A stretch of 64,000 nt of DNA from Blepharisma stoltei ATCC 30299 (GCA_965603825.1 CBFDEM010000035.1:186001-250000), one strand, 5' to 3'. Positions 45,839 to 58,183 are shown, counted from the stretch's first letter. The notes: a model not told the origin generated them from the sequence alone. Made by a program: numbers and translations.

Positions 45839-46944
45839 TTAACTATACTGGAATTTCCAATCAATATATTCTGAGCCCATCTCAAAATATTCTTCCTTCG
45901 TTACGCCTTTCCTCACCTCTGACACTTTTGAAAGGCTTTTTCAGTTCCAAAAAGAAGGACTAATTAGAGCTTACTTTTCAGGCTTTATAAAATTAAAAGT
46001 CAATCCATCATTAGAAATAGCCCGCAGCTCATCCTTAAATCTGTTTTCAATATTTGGAAAATTCGCTGATCCCCCAACAAGTAAAATATTTGTAAGATCT
46101 TCCCAATAAACACTCGGCACAGCTTGCATCGCCATCCAAATAGCTTCTCCTATCCCTGCATCAGTCAGTCCAATATCTGAAGGCCTAAACAATACTTCTG
46201 GAACAGCAATGCTCAAATTTCCCATTGTAAGTACTTGTTTTCCTTCTTTTGATTCTTCAGGCTGAAGTTCGTGGCCATCATCTCCAAATTCAGGCAAGAC
46301 ATAGTGCCTTTCTAGTGATTTATTTTTTCTAATCTTAGAACTTACTGAAGCATTTTCAATTCATTCATGAAATTTGAGGAGACAGAGCATAATTTTTCTT
46401 TGACTAAGTTCACAAGCCAAGTTTCATCCCTCATATCGTATTGTCTAAAAGAAATTTGTTCTTTTAGATAATTCGTGAGAAGCTTTCCTCCTACATTTAC
46501 TCGTGTGATCGCAGAATTGATAGGAAATCCGTCTAAGTATGGCATGACAGTGGATGCAGAGAAACCTAAATCTACAATAATTCCAGTGCTTTGGTAGCCA
46601 GATGGCACCCTGATTTCACTTTTAAACTCATATTCTTCAAAGACGATTTCATCCAGTTGCTTTCTACATGTAAATGGGGTATAAACAGGGCAAGAAATCA
46701 CCAAATCCAGATCAGAACACACATATCCTTTGAGTACTTTCTTAAATATTTTTGACTGTAAACCAGGGTCCACCAACACTCCTCTTTCATGAGGCCTCAT
46801 GACTTCATTAACCCCGTTTATTGATCTTGGTGCTACAATGACTTCCTTCTTAATCCTCCCTATACAGTTATAATACACCTGCGGCTCACTCTCTGCGAGT
46901 CCTAATTTTATTGTGTAGGCACCATTATCGAGAACTAAAGTCAT
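45839..46944 (-). CDS. ARP6: Actin-related protein 6
   Basis: LVLDNGAYTIKLG, VGGKLLTNYLKEQISFRQYDM.DET, YVLPEF, VPEVLFRPSDIG, VTKEEY; two introns, one TGA. Confidence 0.85.
45960..45974 (-). other. 15-nt intron
   Basis: GTAAGCTCTAATTAG; removal gives KPENP and the ARP6 C-terminus. Confidence 0.85.
46329..46345 (-). other. Putative 17-nt intron
   Basis: GTAAGTTCTAAGATTAG; length 2 mod 3 is required to join the two ARP6 frames. Confidence 0.7.
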
Positions 46945-46998
46945 ATATCCTATAAGAATTTCATATATTTAAAAATCTAATTAGAGAAACCTCTTTGA

Positions 46999-47274
46999 TT
47001 AAGTATAATGATGCGGTCTTATGCCTATGACCTCTCCATCATATTTACCTTCAGCTTTCTTTCTCAAGACTTCTTCCACATAAGGATTCTTCTTATCTTT
47101 ATCGGTGACCCAATTATTCCCACTAATCCAAGTCAAGAATACTGCAGGTGGGATTAAAAGCGGCACAGCAATCCTGTCAATCTTATAAGAAATCCTGAGA
47201 GCTTTCCAAAGGAGTTCTCCAGTTCCTCTAAATGTGCTTTTTCTCCATGAAGGCCAGAATGGGTTATAACTCAT
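46999..47274 (-). CDS. Small single-TM hypothetical protein
   Basis: 91-aa ORF with one hydrophobic stretch; fills the gap between RPN11 and ARP6. Confidence 0.65.
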   Translation of the reverse strand: MSYNPFWPSWRKSTFRGTGELLWKALRISYKIDRIAVPLLIPPAVFLTWISGNNWVTDKDKKNPYVEEVLRKKAEGKYDGEVIGIRPHHYT

Positions 47275-47306
47275 TTATTTATATATTAATTAAAAGAAGT
47301 GCTTAT

Positions 47307-48233
47307 TTAGAAGATTACTGTATCGATCATAGATGACAGTGAGTGCAAAATATTATTGGTCATCAGTTGATCAACGTCATGTTCTAGCCTTTTTTTAGGG
47401 TCAAGTTTCCCGACTGTACTCACAACCATTTCTTGTTTGGTCTTTTTCATTTCTTCTTGGATCCATTTGTTATAGGTTTCTGCAAGCGTGACCATTTCTT
47501 CAATGATTTTTAAGTTTTCTTCTTCTCTTTTCATGAAGTCTTCAACCTTAAGCTTTTGGACCCACTTTTGCTTTTGCAGGTTCAGAAGCATTGACTGTTC
47601 TAACTCGTTTTTTCTGTAGTTGATGGTGATTGAATAATAATGCCTGTTAAGACCATGCAGGAGAGCGCTAATAGAAGGCTTGGCAACGTGCCCGATATTT
47701 GAAGTGGTTTGTCTAGGTTCCATTCCTCTCATAGAAAGCTGCGGGTTTATCAATCGAAAGGCATCAATCACAACTTTGCCTCTGACACTTTGAATTGGGT
47801 CAATGACAACTGCAACTGCTCTAGCCAGCTGCTGCTCGAAACTTTGTTGGGTGTTCATATCAACTCCTGAAAGCCAGCAGCCAAAGCCAGGATGGGAGTG
47901 ATACCAGCCTACGACCATTTCTGACCGCCCTGTTTGCTTTAGCATTTCAGTCATGTTGATCTGGAAAGCTTCATCTATTGACTCAACGCTTACTCCAGTT
48001 CCTGACTGAGGCATTGCAAAAACGTCGACTACACGGACTGTATATTCATCAACTAGTTCTCCTAGCAAAAGGCCCATGACTTCAAGTGGCACACCTGCTC
48101 GGCCATGCTTCAGCATTTTGAGAAGGGCGAGGGAAGAAATGTAGATTTGTTCAGCTGTGTCTACCATAGGGACGTCACCAAGATTTTGACCTCTCATGTT
48201 GAACTGCTGCTGCATGATTCTTTGAAAGTCCAT
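47307..48233 (-). CDS. RPN11: 26S proteasome deubiquitinase Rpn11
   Basis: [30 protein letters not shown]; JAMM motif [17 protein letters not shown]. Confidence 0.97.
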   Translation of the reverse strand: MDFQRIMQQQFNMRGQNLGDVPMVDTAEQIYISSLALLKMLKHGRAGVPLEVMGLLLGELVDEYTVRVVDVFAMPQSGTGVSVESIDEAFQINMTEMLKQTGRSEMVVGWYHSHPGFGCWLSGVDMNTQQSFEQQLARAVAVVIDPIQSVRGKVVIDAFRLINPQLSMRGMEPRQTTSNIGHVAKPSISALLHGLNRHYYSITINYRKNELEQSMLLNLQKQKWVQKLKVEDFMKREEENLKIIEEMVTLAETYNKWIQEEMKKTKQEMVVSTVGKLDPKKRLEHDVDQLMTNNILHSLSSMIDTVIF

Positions 48234-48434
48234 TTTAGATTTATTAAGAAATTACATTTTAAGTAAATTAGAAATTATGCGCTATTAATTTCGATGAGAG
48301 ATATTTAATTCATAACAATAAGCTTAGTTGGATTTTGTTGATAAATAATATAATATATGAACTTTTGAGATAAAATCAAGTAAATCTGAATTCATGGGGA
48401 TATTTGAAACAGAAATCAGATAATAAATTAAAAA

Positions 48435-48914
48435 ATGGAAAAGAAAGGAAGTATCCGAGCTCCTCTTCTGGAGAAATTTGAAATCGAAGAAACAAAAGGA
48501 ACAGAAATGAAACCAGTTAATCCACAAGCACGTAGCTATGATTCTGCGAGAGTAAATAATTTTCAAAATTATCCTTCACAACCTCAAAGTTCAAACTATC
48601 CGGGTATGACAGCGTTATCAACTCCTCAGAACCAATCTCCTGCACCTACTGCACAGCCACAAGTCCTAGCTCAGCCTCCACAACAACAGGTGATTCCATG
48701 TGCTGGCTGTAGAGCATTATTAAGCTATCCTCTTGGAGCTCTTTGTGTAAAATGCCCAATGTGCGGAATAATGACTGCTGTCCAGCCTATAGGCCAAATT
48801 AAGTGTAGTTTATGCAGAACAAGTCTGATTTATCCTATGGGTGCTCCTTATGTATCATGCACATGTGGGTTAGTTTTCTCTGTAGGGCCTCCTCAGCAAC
48901 CCAGTAGCGTTTAA
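48435..48914 (+). CDS. LSD1-type zinc finger protein
   Basis: CAGCRALLSYPLGALCVKCPMC and CSLCRTSLIYPMGAPYVSCTC after a Pro/Gln-rich region. Confidence 0.75.
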   Translation: MEKKGSIRAPLLEKFEIEETKGTEMKPVNPQARSYDSARVNNFQNYPSQPQSSNYPGMTALSTPQNQSPAPTAQPQVLAQPPQQQVIPCAGCRALLSYPLGALCVKCPMCGIMTAVQPIGQIKCSLCRTSLIYPMGAPYVSCTCGLVFSVGPPQQPSSV

Positions 48915-49037
48915 AGCTTTTAAATAGAGATCTTATATATTTTGCTTATAAAATTTTATAGAGTTTCAATATTATAATTAAAGCTTCGAATTATATCTAT
49001 AATCGCAAATTTATTATAAACAAAGTAAAAAGCTCAG

Positions 49038-50006
49038 TTAATCCCATGAAACAAAGACCCCATGATGTCATGTGCCAACCTTATTATTTCCATTGTTCCT
49101 GTACTCACCTTTTCCATGCTGCTTTCCATTTATCCAATTTCCTCTACACACTTGTCCATCTGGCCAATAAAATTCTCCATACCCATGCTTTTTGTCATCC
49201 ACATAATTTCCTCTATACTTTCTTCCATCAGCTCATGCATATTCTCCATACCCATTCATTCTGTTATCTTTTCATCCTCCTTCATATATATTTCCCATGG
49301 AATCTGTATATTTTCCAATCCCATGAAATTTCCCTTCTCTCCAATCTCCTTGATAAACAGACCCGTCATTCCAATTATATTCCCCATATCCATGTCGTTC
49401 GCCTCTGAGAAACTCTCCAGAGTACTCAGACCCATCACTATGTTCCGATTTTCCCAGGCCATCATACAATCCATCTTTATATGATCCCTTATAGCTTGAT
49501 TTATCTCTTGATTTTTCTTTTCCTTCTCCATATAATCTTCCATCGTACCAATCTCCTTCAAGAATTTTTTCTGGAGAACAAAGTCGTCCTCTCCCATTAA
49601 TTTTGTCATCTTTAAAGTAGCCTTGAAACTTTGACTTCTCTTCAATATACACCAAATAGCCTCTGCCATCTCTTACTTTGGAATTTATTAAGCATTCACC
49701 AATATAAATCCATGTGCCTTTTTCATCCTTCCCCAGCAAAGGACCTTCACTGATATATCTCATTACTTGGTTATTATCTTCATAGTTGCATTCAACTCGA
49801 TTGAAGCCTCTTTCAATTTCAATATAATAATTATACTCAAATTGGAAAGGACCAAACTCATTTTCCAGGTCAGCGATGCTAGGATTCTGTGTGATTTCGT
49901 CAAACTTCATAGTGAGTCTGTCTAAATCTGCACTTTCATATAGTGATACCTGCTCTTCTATAAACTTTGGTGCTGGCTTTGAGCAAATTCCTGAAACATT
50001 GCCCAT
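49038..50006 (-). CDS. MORN repeat protein
   Basis: YxGxW/FxxGxxHGxG repeats continuing through TGAs 49272, 49233 and 49068 (YEGG-W-KD, EYA-W-ADG); MGN start; ends TAA. Confidence 0.9.
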
Positions 50007-50080
50007 TTTAAATCATAACGATTAATTATTAAACAGTTGCTAATTTTAAAAGATTATTCTTTCGATATTTTAAATATTAA

Positions 50081-52516
50081 TTAAGATCTATATTTAGATA
50101 AGTAGCCTTCCAATTCTTTAGTAGCAGACACCTTTTCAGAACTTAGCCTTGGCTTATCGTATGGCTCTTGCTTTCTTTCACTATAAAATAAAGCAGCATC
50201 AAGTTTTTGCAGAGGCATTGAAATTTGGGGTTCTTTATATGAGCTCATTTCAGCTGAAGACTCCTGAGCTGGAATTTTCTTAAATCCGTCCATAAAAGTC
50301 ATGGTTTCTGGATTAAACTCTTCACAAATTTTGATAAATGAGTTTTTCCCTTCTTTATCCATTCCGTAATAGTGTGTTTTGCAGGTCATGCAGGGAGGCG
50401 TGTTTTGGTCATGCCCATTTTCTCTACATTTGTGCCATTCTTTTCCATATAAGAAATCTCCACTCCCAGCAGTGACAAGAAATGGGTGAAACTTGCATTC
50501 TCGGCTTGTTTTGTCGTTCATCCCACATCGTTTGCAGGATTTTTGGCTTTCGCCGAACTGTGCTGAGTCTTCAAAAGCGCTGTAAGAAAGTGACAGCGAG
50601 TCTTCTTTAGATTTTTTGTGCTTTTGAGACAGCTGGGACTCCAAAGCTCTGATTTCTGATTGGACACCTTTTAATACAGTGGATTCTGTATTTAATAGCG
50701 CCTGGTCTACTATAATAGCTAATCTTTTTGTTTCTGCTTGGGCTTTCATAACGAACTCTTCAAATTCATTATTCAGCAGCTTCAGCTCTCTTGCATGTAG
50801 CTGATTTATCCTCTGGAACTCTTTTTCTCTGATTTCCTGCTCTTCTTTTCTAATTTTACTACACACTAAATCAATGACCGCTTGCTTATTGTGTTCGTTT
50901 TCCTTAAGTTTCTGCTCTAATTCATTTATCTGTGCAGTCGTTATCCTGAACAGCTCTTCGTATTTATCGTTATAAATAGTCCTCACATACTGGAGCTCTC
51001 TTTCATACTGTGGATTCCTCCCTTGTGCACTTTCTTCAAGCTGTTTTTTGACTTCTCTCAGTTCTTCTTCTAGTCTTTCTGATTTCAGTTTCCATTTATT
51101 ATCATCCTCAATCAAAATGTCCTGAGTTTCTGTTTTCAAGTTTTTGAGCTTCTGCTCGAATGTATACTCTTGTGATCTCAGCGCATTTTCGATTTCTTGC
51201 TCTTGGTTTAGCTTTAAGTTTATATATTTCTCATTAAGCTCTTCATATCGATAATTTTCTTCATCTAAAGCTTGTTTAAGATTATCATTTTCTTCTTTCA
51301 GCCTTTGGTTTTCTTTTGATATGTTATTGTTGACTGATGACAATTTGTCGATTTCTCGTTGGATTAAAAACCGCTCCTCTTGTCTGATTTCTTCTTGTAA
51401 AGTTTGCTGCTTCATATTCAAAGATCGGGCTTCTTCTATGCTTGACTTTTTAAGGGATGCCAAGAGTTTTTCGCTGACTTGGTCTTTAAATTTGATTTTG
51501 TCTTGCTGGAACTTCAGAGTTGACACAATGCTTTGTTCGAGCCTTTCTAAGTCATCTATGCATTTCAGATGAGAAATTGAGTCTGGGATTGGCTTTTCTT
51601 CTTTAAAAGTGGACTTATAAGCAAGCCAAGAGTCAGATTCAATTCTAGGGTTAGAAAAGTCTTGCAGCATTTTGATGAGGTCGAAAATCTTGTGCGTTAC
51701 ATAATGGTCCAATTCTTGGTCATTATATGAAAGTTTGGACAGTTTTTCATTGTCCTCTTCAACCTTTTTCTTTTCACTCATAAGGACATCGTGAGACTCT
51801 TTTAGCTCTGAAAGTTCAGTTTCCATATCACGTATTGACCGTTTCGGGCCATGTCTTGCGGTATCTGGGGTGTACTCCACAGTCCGCATGCCATCTTTTA
51901 GTCTATCACATTCTTTAGATAGCAAATAGCATCGTTCTTTTAAGTCTTCAATTGCTTTTCTAGAAATTATTTCAATTTCAAAACTGACTTTAGGAATCCT
52001 CACAGATTCTCCATTTAATATCTCATTGATTTTTTCAAGTTTTTCTCATGCTAAAGAAATATAAGCTTCAGATGGCCCATGAAGTGAGTTCATCTCTTTC
52101 AGCAAGTTTTTTTCTTGAGATTTTAAGTCATTTAGCACAAGAGATACTTTTTCTCTGTGCTTTTCAACAGAAAAACTCTTCTCTTTATATTCTTGGTTAG
52201 CTACTTTTTCCGCCAGTTTGAGGAATTCAATTTTTTCGTGATCTAGAAGCATGATGAGGTTTGAGGCTTTTTTGTGGGAATCATTTGCGTTTTGGATGCA
52301 TTTGCTAAGCTTTTCTTGTAATTTGGTTACTTGAGAGCGACTATCTGAGACTGATTGAGGATCTTCATCCATGAACGATAGACTTGATCTGAGAGGAGAA
52401 GGAGGAATTATCCTATTGGATTGTTCATTGCTTGAATTTTCAGCACAAAGATCTTCAAATCTCACATTTCTGCCAGAACTGTAAGCATAATCTGAATATT
52501 GGCTTTGTGAGTTCAT
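50081..52516 (-). CDS. Long coiled-coil protein with C-terminal Cys/His cluster
   Basis: Two same-frame track ORFs joined by TGA 52046. Confidence 0.7.
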
Positions 52517-52672
52517 TGAATTTAAATTAATTTATCACATACAAAGAAATGGCCTTGAAAAGTATCAGTTAATTGCAAGAGGAATTAATGATTATTTATG
52601 TATTACCGAATATTTAAAGAAGAAATCAAATATCTATAGGGATGCAATTAAATAAATAATTTTTTTATAGTT

Positions 52673-53287
52673 TTAAGATATGCTATTTTCAGTTCTTGAA
52701 TTTTTAATTTCTTGTATAAGCATATTGCAAAGAGCATTTAGAGGTAGCCCCATAACATTATTAAAGCAGCCATTGAACTTTTTAATAAACGTTGAGCAGC
52801 ATTTCTTTTCCACAACAATAGCTCCTGAAGCTCCTTCCCACTCATTGCTTCTAATATAGTAGTCAACTACTTCATCTGAAAGTACATCAAACTCAATTTC
52901 TGTTGTGCATACACTCTCATTCGTACTTTTTCCTTTAACAACAACTGCTGTGTGCATTAGACATATCCCTCCATTTCAAAGGCCTATCATTCTTCTCGCA
53001 TCATCTGCGTCAACTGGTTTTTCTAGCACAACCCCATTAACCTCAGCCACTGTGTCTGCTGAAATCACAATGCTGTCAGTTTCAATGCATTTAGCCTTAT
53101 TTCTTGCATTAAAAAGTGCGTATTCTTTAGGATTCTCAAAAGTCCTTCAGTCTGCATCTTCTGCAAATCCGCTCACTTGCAATGTAAACGGTAGTTCAAT
53201 TTGCCTTAAAAGATTCTGCCTTACCCTACTTCCAGAAGCCAAAACTATCCCTCTTGAGCATAGCTCTGAAAGATAAGGCTCAAGCAT
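52673..53287 (-). CDS. Maf-family nucleoside triphosphate pyrophosphatase
   Basis: IVLASGS.VR, ISADTV, VLEKP, NVMGLP; two in-frame TGAs. Confidence 0.85.
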
Positions 53288-53309
53288 TTTAATTTAAGTA
53301 TTATCTTAT

Positions 53310-54356
53310 TTAATTTTGATACTGCTGATACTGTTGTTTTGCATAATAATACTCTGGAGCATACACTTGAGCGACGCAATCAGGCATATTTTGCACAAAT
53401 GAATACATCCTATAGTTCAAATTGTAGTAATTGTAGTAAGCAGTATTTTTGGCATCCCACCAGCTCATCATGCACCCATCACTATGTCTTCTCAATGTAT
53501 TGCAATTATTCATTTCAGTACTCTGGTACCACAATGACAATTGGCTTATAAACTGCTGGGCTGGCTGATCTCCAGGGAATAATGCACAGTATTTGTTTCC
53601 ATTAGGATTCAAAGCACAGTCGCAAGAAGAGGTTAAATCGAAGTTGTTCCCAAAGAAGGAATCTGTTGTAGAGGTGCATTCTGAATTATCATCACATACC
53701 ATTGGAAGAAAGGCATAAGACTTGACTGGATTTGTGCAGTAGTTTTTACCACCTAGCTGGGCACATGTTAAAGATGAACAAAGACGATTTTGGTTGACTT
53801 GGCATTGAGCTACTGCAGTGTGAGGGGCAAGAGATAAATAAGCAACACATTTACTTGTGGCTGGGTTTCCTGTAAAATCACAGCCAGCTCCGTTTACACA
53901 CATAAAATCCGAGCTGCAGCCAATTTGCCCAATCTGGATTTGTGGAGAACAAAAATGGGTGCTCCCATCACAAAAAAGTCCTGGGTTGCAGGAATTGCTG
54001 TCTTGACAACTGTCTCCATTTCCTGCACCTTTGCAGATTCCATTTACACAACCTTTAGTAGCATAACCATTGCAGGTTACTGTAGCATTGCACTTCTCTC
54101 CAGGCCATGCTTGTCCAGTGAAATTTTGAGGGACAATGCATGTGCTATTACTATCATGATTCGGTGGACAAAAACTAGCGCTCCCAGTGCATGGCTGCAC
54201 ATAATAACTGTCAGCTTTTTGGCTTCAATAGACACAAGTATTATTGTTAAACTTTTGAGTTGAAAGCTTACAGTTAAACATTTCACATCCAGTTGCTGAC
54301 AGTTTTGCGTTCACAAAAGTAACCAACACCGCAAAAACAAAAACAAGTCTTTGCAT
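53310..54356 (-). CDS. Cys-rich secreted protein, related to 44774-45706
   Basis: Signal peptide MQRLVFVFAVLVTFVNA, one TGA, Cys-rich repeats, CDCALNPNGNKYCALFPGDQP. Confidence 0.8.
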
Positions 54357-54379
54357 TTATTATCGCTTTATTAAAATAA

Positions 54380-55909
54380 TTATGGTCTATCATCAAAAAT
54401 GTGTTGCATCATCGTTCGAAACTCATTCAAGTCGATTTCTCCGTCACCATTCTCATCTACCTCAGCGATCATGTCTTTTCAGACCTCATCTGTAGCAATT
54501 AGCTCTTTTCCAAAAATATTTTTTAGCTCAATTGCGCTGATTTTACCACTCCCATCTTCATCGAACGCGCTAAAGGCAGAATCGAGGTTTTCTATGCACA
54601 ACAAGCTTTCTTTTCTTGCTGTAGCCATGATAAACTCTGTATAATCGATAAATCCCGAGTTATTCACGTCGACTTGCTTTATGATATCTTCAATGTCTTT
54701 TTGGCTGAATCCATTTCCACCTAAAGAATAGAAGGCTTCAAGGACTTCTTCTTTGCTTAGTTTGCCATCACCATTTGTGTCCATGTCTCGGAAAGCTTCG
54801 CCTAACTTTTTGATTTCTTCTTTGTTGCTGATTTGGGAGGCAATGTAGGTTAAAACGGCGCGTTGTAATTTTTGTTCAACTCGAAAAGTTTTGAGGTTTT
54901 GGAGAGAAATTTGGGCGATGTTTTCATCTCTTGGAATAGTTGAGGCGTTATAGATCATTCATTCGTCTTGAACAGCTTCGTTTGCGGAGATTCGGGTGCC
55001 TGGGTCATAGTCAAGCATTCTTGTTATTAGCTTTTTTGCCATTGGAGTTACCCCTTCTCATGATGGGCTGTCAAAGGAAAATTCTCCTTTTTGAACTCTT
55101 CTGACAATTTGTGGGCCACTGCTTCCATTAAATGGAGGTCGCCCACACAGCAGTATATACAAAATCACTCCACAGCTCCACATATCACATTTTTCATTGT
55201 AGCTTCTCCGCAAAACTTCTGGAGCAACATAATATGAGGTCCCATATTTCTTGGTCATACTCACTTTTGAGTCAAAAAACGCAGATAACCCGAAATCGAT
55301 AACTTTCAAAGTTGCTTCATGAGACTGCGCATCTATTAGCAAATTTTCTGGTTTTAAGTCCCTATGGACAATGTTGTTTTGGTGGCAATATGCTACAGCA
55401 CTGAGAAGCTGCCTCATAAATTGGGCTGCTATTGGTTCTGACAGCATTTTGCTTTTTATAATATAGTCAAACAATTCCCCTCCTGGCACATATTCAGTCA
55501 CTAAATGATAATTTGAGTCATCTTCATAGAACTCGTATAACTTTATGATATTGGGATGATCCATTTGTTTGAGAATTTCAATTTCCGTAAAAAATCGAGC
55601 ACGGAGCTTCGTATCTTTACCTATGTTTTCCTTTGAAATCGTTTTGATAGCCCTTTTCAAGCCTGTAATTTTATTTGAAGCAAGTCTGACTTCTCCGTAT
55701 GAGCCTGCATATATCGCTTTTTCAAATGAATAATGTTCCTCAATGTTTCCTTTACGCCGACCTACAAAAAGTGAAGGATGAAAGGCTAATTGATCTTTGG
55801 ATTCCACCTTTATAAGTCGGCTTGATTGAAAGCCATCTCTTTTTGAATTGAGATTGTCATCAGATGTTTTTTTTTGTGTGTTTTTTGATTTTGGTGCTAT
55901 ACAACCCAT
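54380..55909 (-). CDS. Calcium-dependent protein kinase (CDPK)
   Basis: Kinase domain plus four EF hands; three TGAs align with TGG Trp codons of the CDPK at 26210 (PW, HLW, RVW). Confidence 0.92.
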
Positions 55910-56226
55910 TATTAAATAAATTTAATATTTAAGCTTGGAATGATAAAAAATAACGTTTTAAAGACAAAATGGCAGGGAAATAAATTCAAATTTTACTAAA
56001 AAAATGTAGTTTGGCATGAAATGAAAACATTTATGCTCGCTATTCTATAGGATGATAAAAAAATGATATCAGATATTGTTTTAGAATTATTAAATAGAGT
56101 TAAGACCCAAGTTTCTAGCGTAAAAATAGTAAAAATAAATTAAGAACGCTAAAGAGTTTATTTTTAAAAAGCAGACTCATTAAAGCAGAAACAAAATCTT
56201 TTATACCAAAGTCTGAATATATTTAA

Positions 56227-57138
56227 TTATAGTTTACTTCTATCAAAATTTCTCCATCCTTCAATAATTCTGTTTAAATGAGATTGATTCAGTGTAATAA
56301 TGATCCCATTTGAATTAGCCTTACTCGTTTCTTTATCAAAGCGATAGCTGTTTCCATTCAGATCAACACTATAGCCATTTAGTGATCTCATGATAGCTAC
56401 CGATGGGCATATATCTCATTTAGAAGTAAAAGGAGAATCTACCAAATATATTGATGCTTGTCCTCTAAGAACAAGAATCGATTTAAATCCGCAGCCATCT
56501 GCATATATAACTTGGTCAGGATGTAAAAATTCCAATAATGCATTTCCCTGCGCTGATTTATGAAGTCTAGATGAAGCAATTGAAAAGTCATTTGAAAGGC
56601 TTGGAATGAATTGTGAAATGTTTGAAGATGTTTTGTACCAAACTCCAACATCCACTCCTCCAAAATAAGAAGGACAATTCTCTCCAAATGGTTGATGAAT
56701 GACTCCAAAAATTGGATTTTCGTCATAGGCCACCCCAATTAAAGTAGTAACTCCTTCCAAATCTCCCATTACAAAATTTTTCGTCCCATCTAAGGGGTCA
56801 ATCCATATGGTAATTCGCTGAATGTCTAAATCTCTATCAGAACTAGAGAATAATTCCAAAGGTTCTGGCTCAATTTCAACTGAGCTACGTAGATCTTACT
56901 CGTTTTCATTAATTTCAATTGTTTCCTCACCAATTATTTGTAGCCCAGGAAAATATCTGAGTAAAGTTGCTGATATAATCTTTTGGGAGCCTAAATCTGC
57001 AGCTGTGCAAGGATTGTCATAGGATTTGTCAAAAGTGTTGAGACTTCTGCTATTTCAAACGTTCCTTATGATTCTTCCAGCTTGATCTCCAAGACGAACA
57101 CATGCGGAAAATAGAGCTGAAGCTTTGACTGCGGCCAT
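56227..57138 (-). CDS. BPNT1: 3'(2'),5'-bisphosphate nucleotidase / inositol monophosphatase family
   Basis: TAAD..SQ, IIGEE, WIDPLDGT, GVIHQPF, SK-W-D (TGA 56416); one intron. Confidence 0.85.
56885..56899 (-). other. 15-nt intron
   Basis: GTAAGATCTACGTAG; contains the in-frame TAA that would otherwise truncate the enzyme before DPLDGT. Confidence 0.88.
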
Positions 57139-57565
57139 TTTCCAAAAAATTACTTGATGAACCACTGCGAGATTTGATGCTGAATTCAGATTTTAGGTTG
57201 TTAACTTTAACCTTTCAATAGAGCCAGAAAAGGAAAACACGAATAAATTTAAATTTTGAAATTCCTTATACTCCTTAAACCTGCTGCTGAATCTTAATTT
57301 CAAAAAAAAAAAATAAGAAGCCTATATTTGCCTAAAGAACTAGGAGAAATTTTAGAAGCTTGAAGATCATTAAAAAGAGGAATGCAGTCTGCTATAGATT
57401 ACTGGGGAATAAATAAATGCATTCCATTTAGGATTATTTATTACATTCTTTGAATTAGCCAGCTTTATTCACGCACATGCAGCTTCTCTATAAAGACTGA
57501 GCAGTTTTACAATTAAATCTGACTACCAACTTATCAAATAATTTTATTAAAGTTATTCTTCAAAA

Positions 57566-58183
57566 TTATATTTGGCCAGTTTTTCTTGCTTTTACACTTA
57601 CGTTGCCAATAACTAAAGGCTTGATTGAAGTTGAGTTCAGTGCCATGATAACTAAATAGAAGGCATCATTTGTATAGTGAGATGTGACTTCATTTATAAC
57701 AACATTACTGAAATAAACAAACCCATCAGAGTACATTACAGATTCTGTTGTTCCTCTGATGATCTTTTTACCAGAAATATTTAGCTTCAGTAACTTGGGA
57801 GGGTTTTCACTGCTAAATAGCAAAACTTTAAATTTTTGAGTATTTGGGATCTGAATTTGGATATCGTTTTTATCAGCCACAAATACACGCAGTTCAAAAC
57901 CCTTTTCTTTATAGATCACAGAAGGAAGAGCATCTGCGAGCTGGATGAAGTGCACGAAATTATTATTCGCTGAGGCCCATTGGAAAATTTGGTCTATTTG
58001 AGCATGTTCATCGGCCAACAAATTTGGCTGGCTTTGGCTCGAATTAGAATGATTTATCAATTTTATTTGCTCAATGATATTGTCAAGCGAATCACTTATT
58101 TGTTTATTGGCAACTACGATTTGATTGACTATTTGCTGCTGTAGAACTAACATGTTTACAAATTCATCAGTAATGCTGTACAT
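57566..58183 (-). CDS. Hypothetical protein
   Basis: 205-aa ORF; Gln-rich helical N-terminus followed by a beta-rich domain. Confidence 0.65.
   Translation of the reverse strand: MYSITDEFVNMLVLQQQIVNQIVVANKQISDSLDNIIEQIKLINHSNSSQSQPNLLADEHAQIDQIFQWASANNNFVHFIQLADALPSVIYKEKGFELRVFVADKNDIQIQIPNTQKFKVLLFSSENPPKLLKLNISGKKIIRGTTESVMYSDGFVYFSNVVINEVTSHYTNDAFYLVIMALNSTSIKPLVIGNVSVKARKTGQI

Noticed and set aside
49038-49560. Periodic repeats that might suggest an array
   Set aside because: Degenerate coding MORN repeats; no identical repeat-spacer structure.
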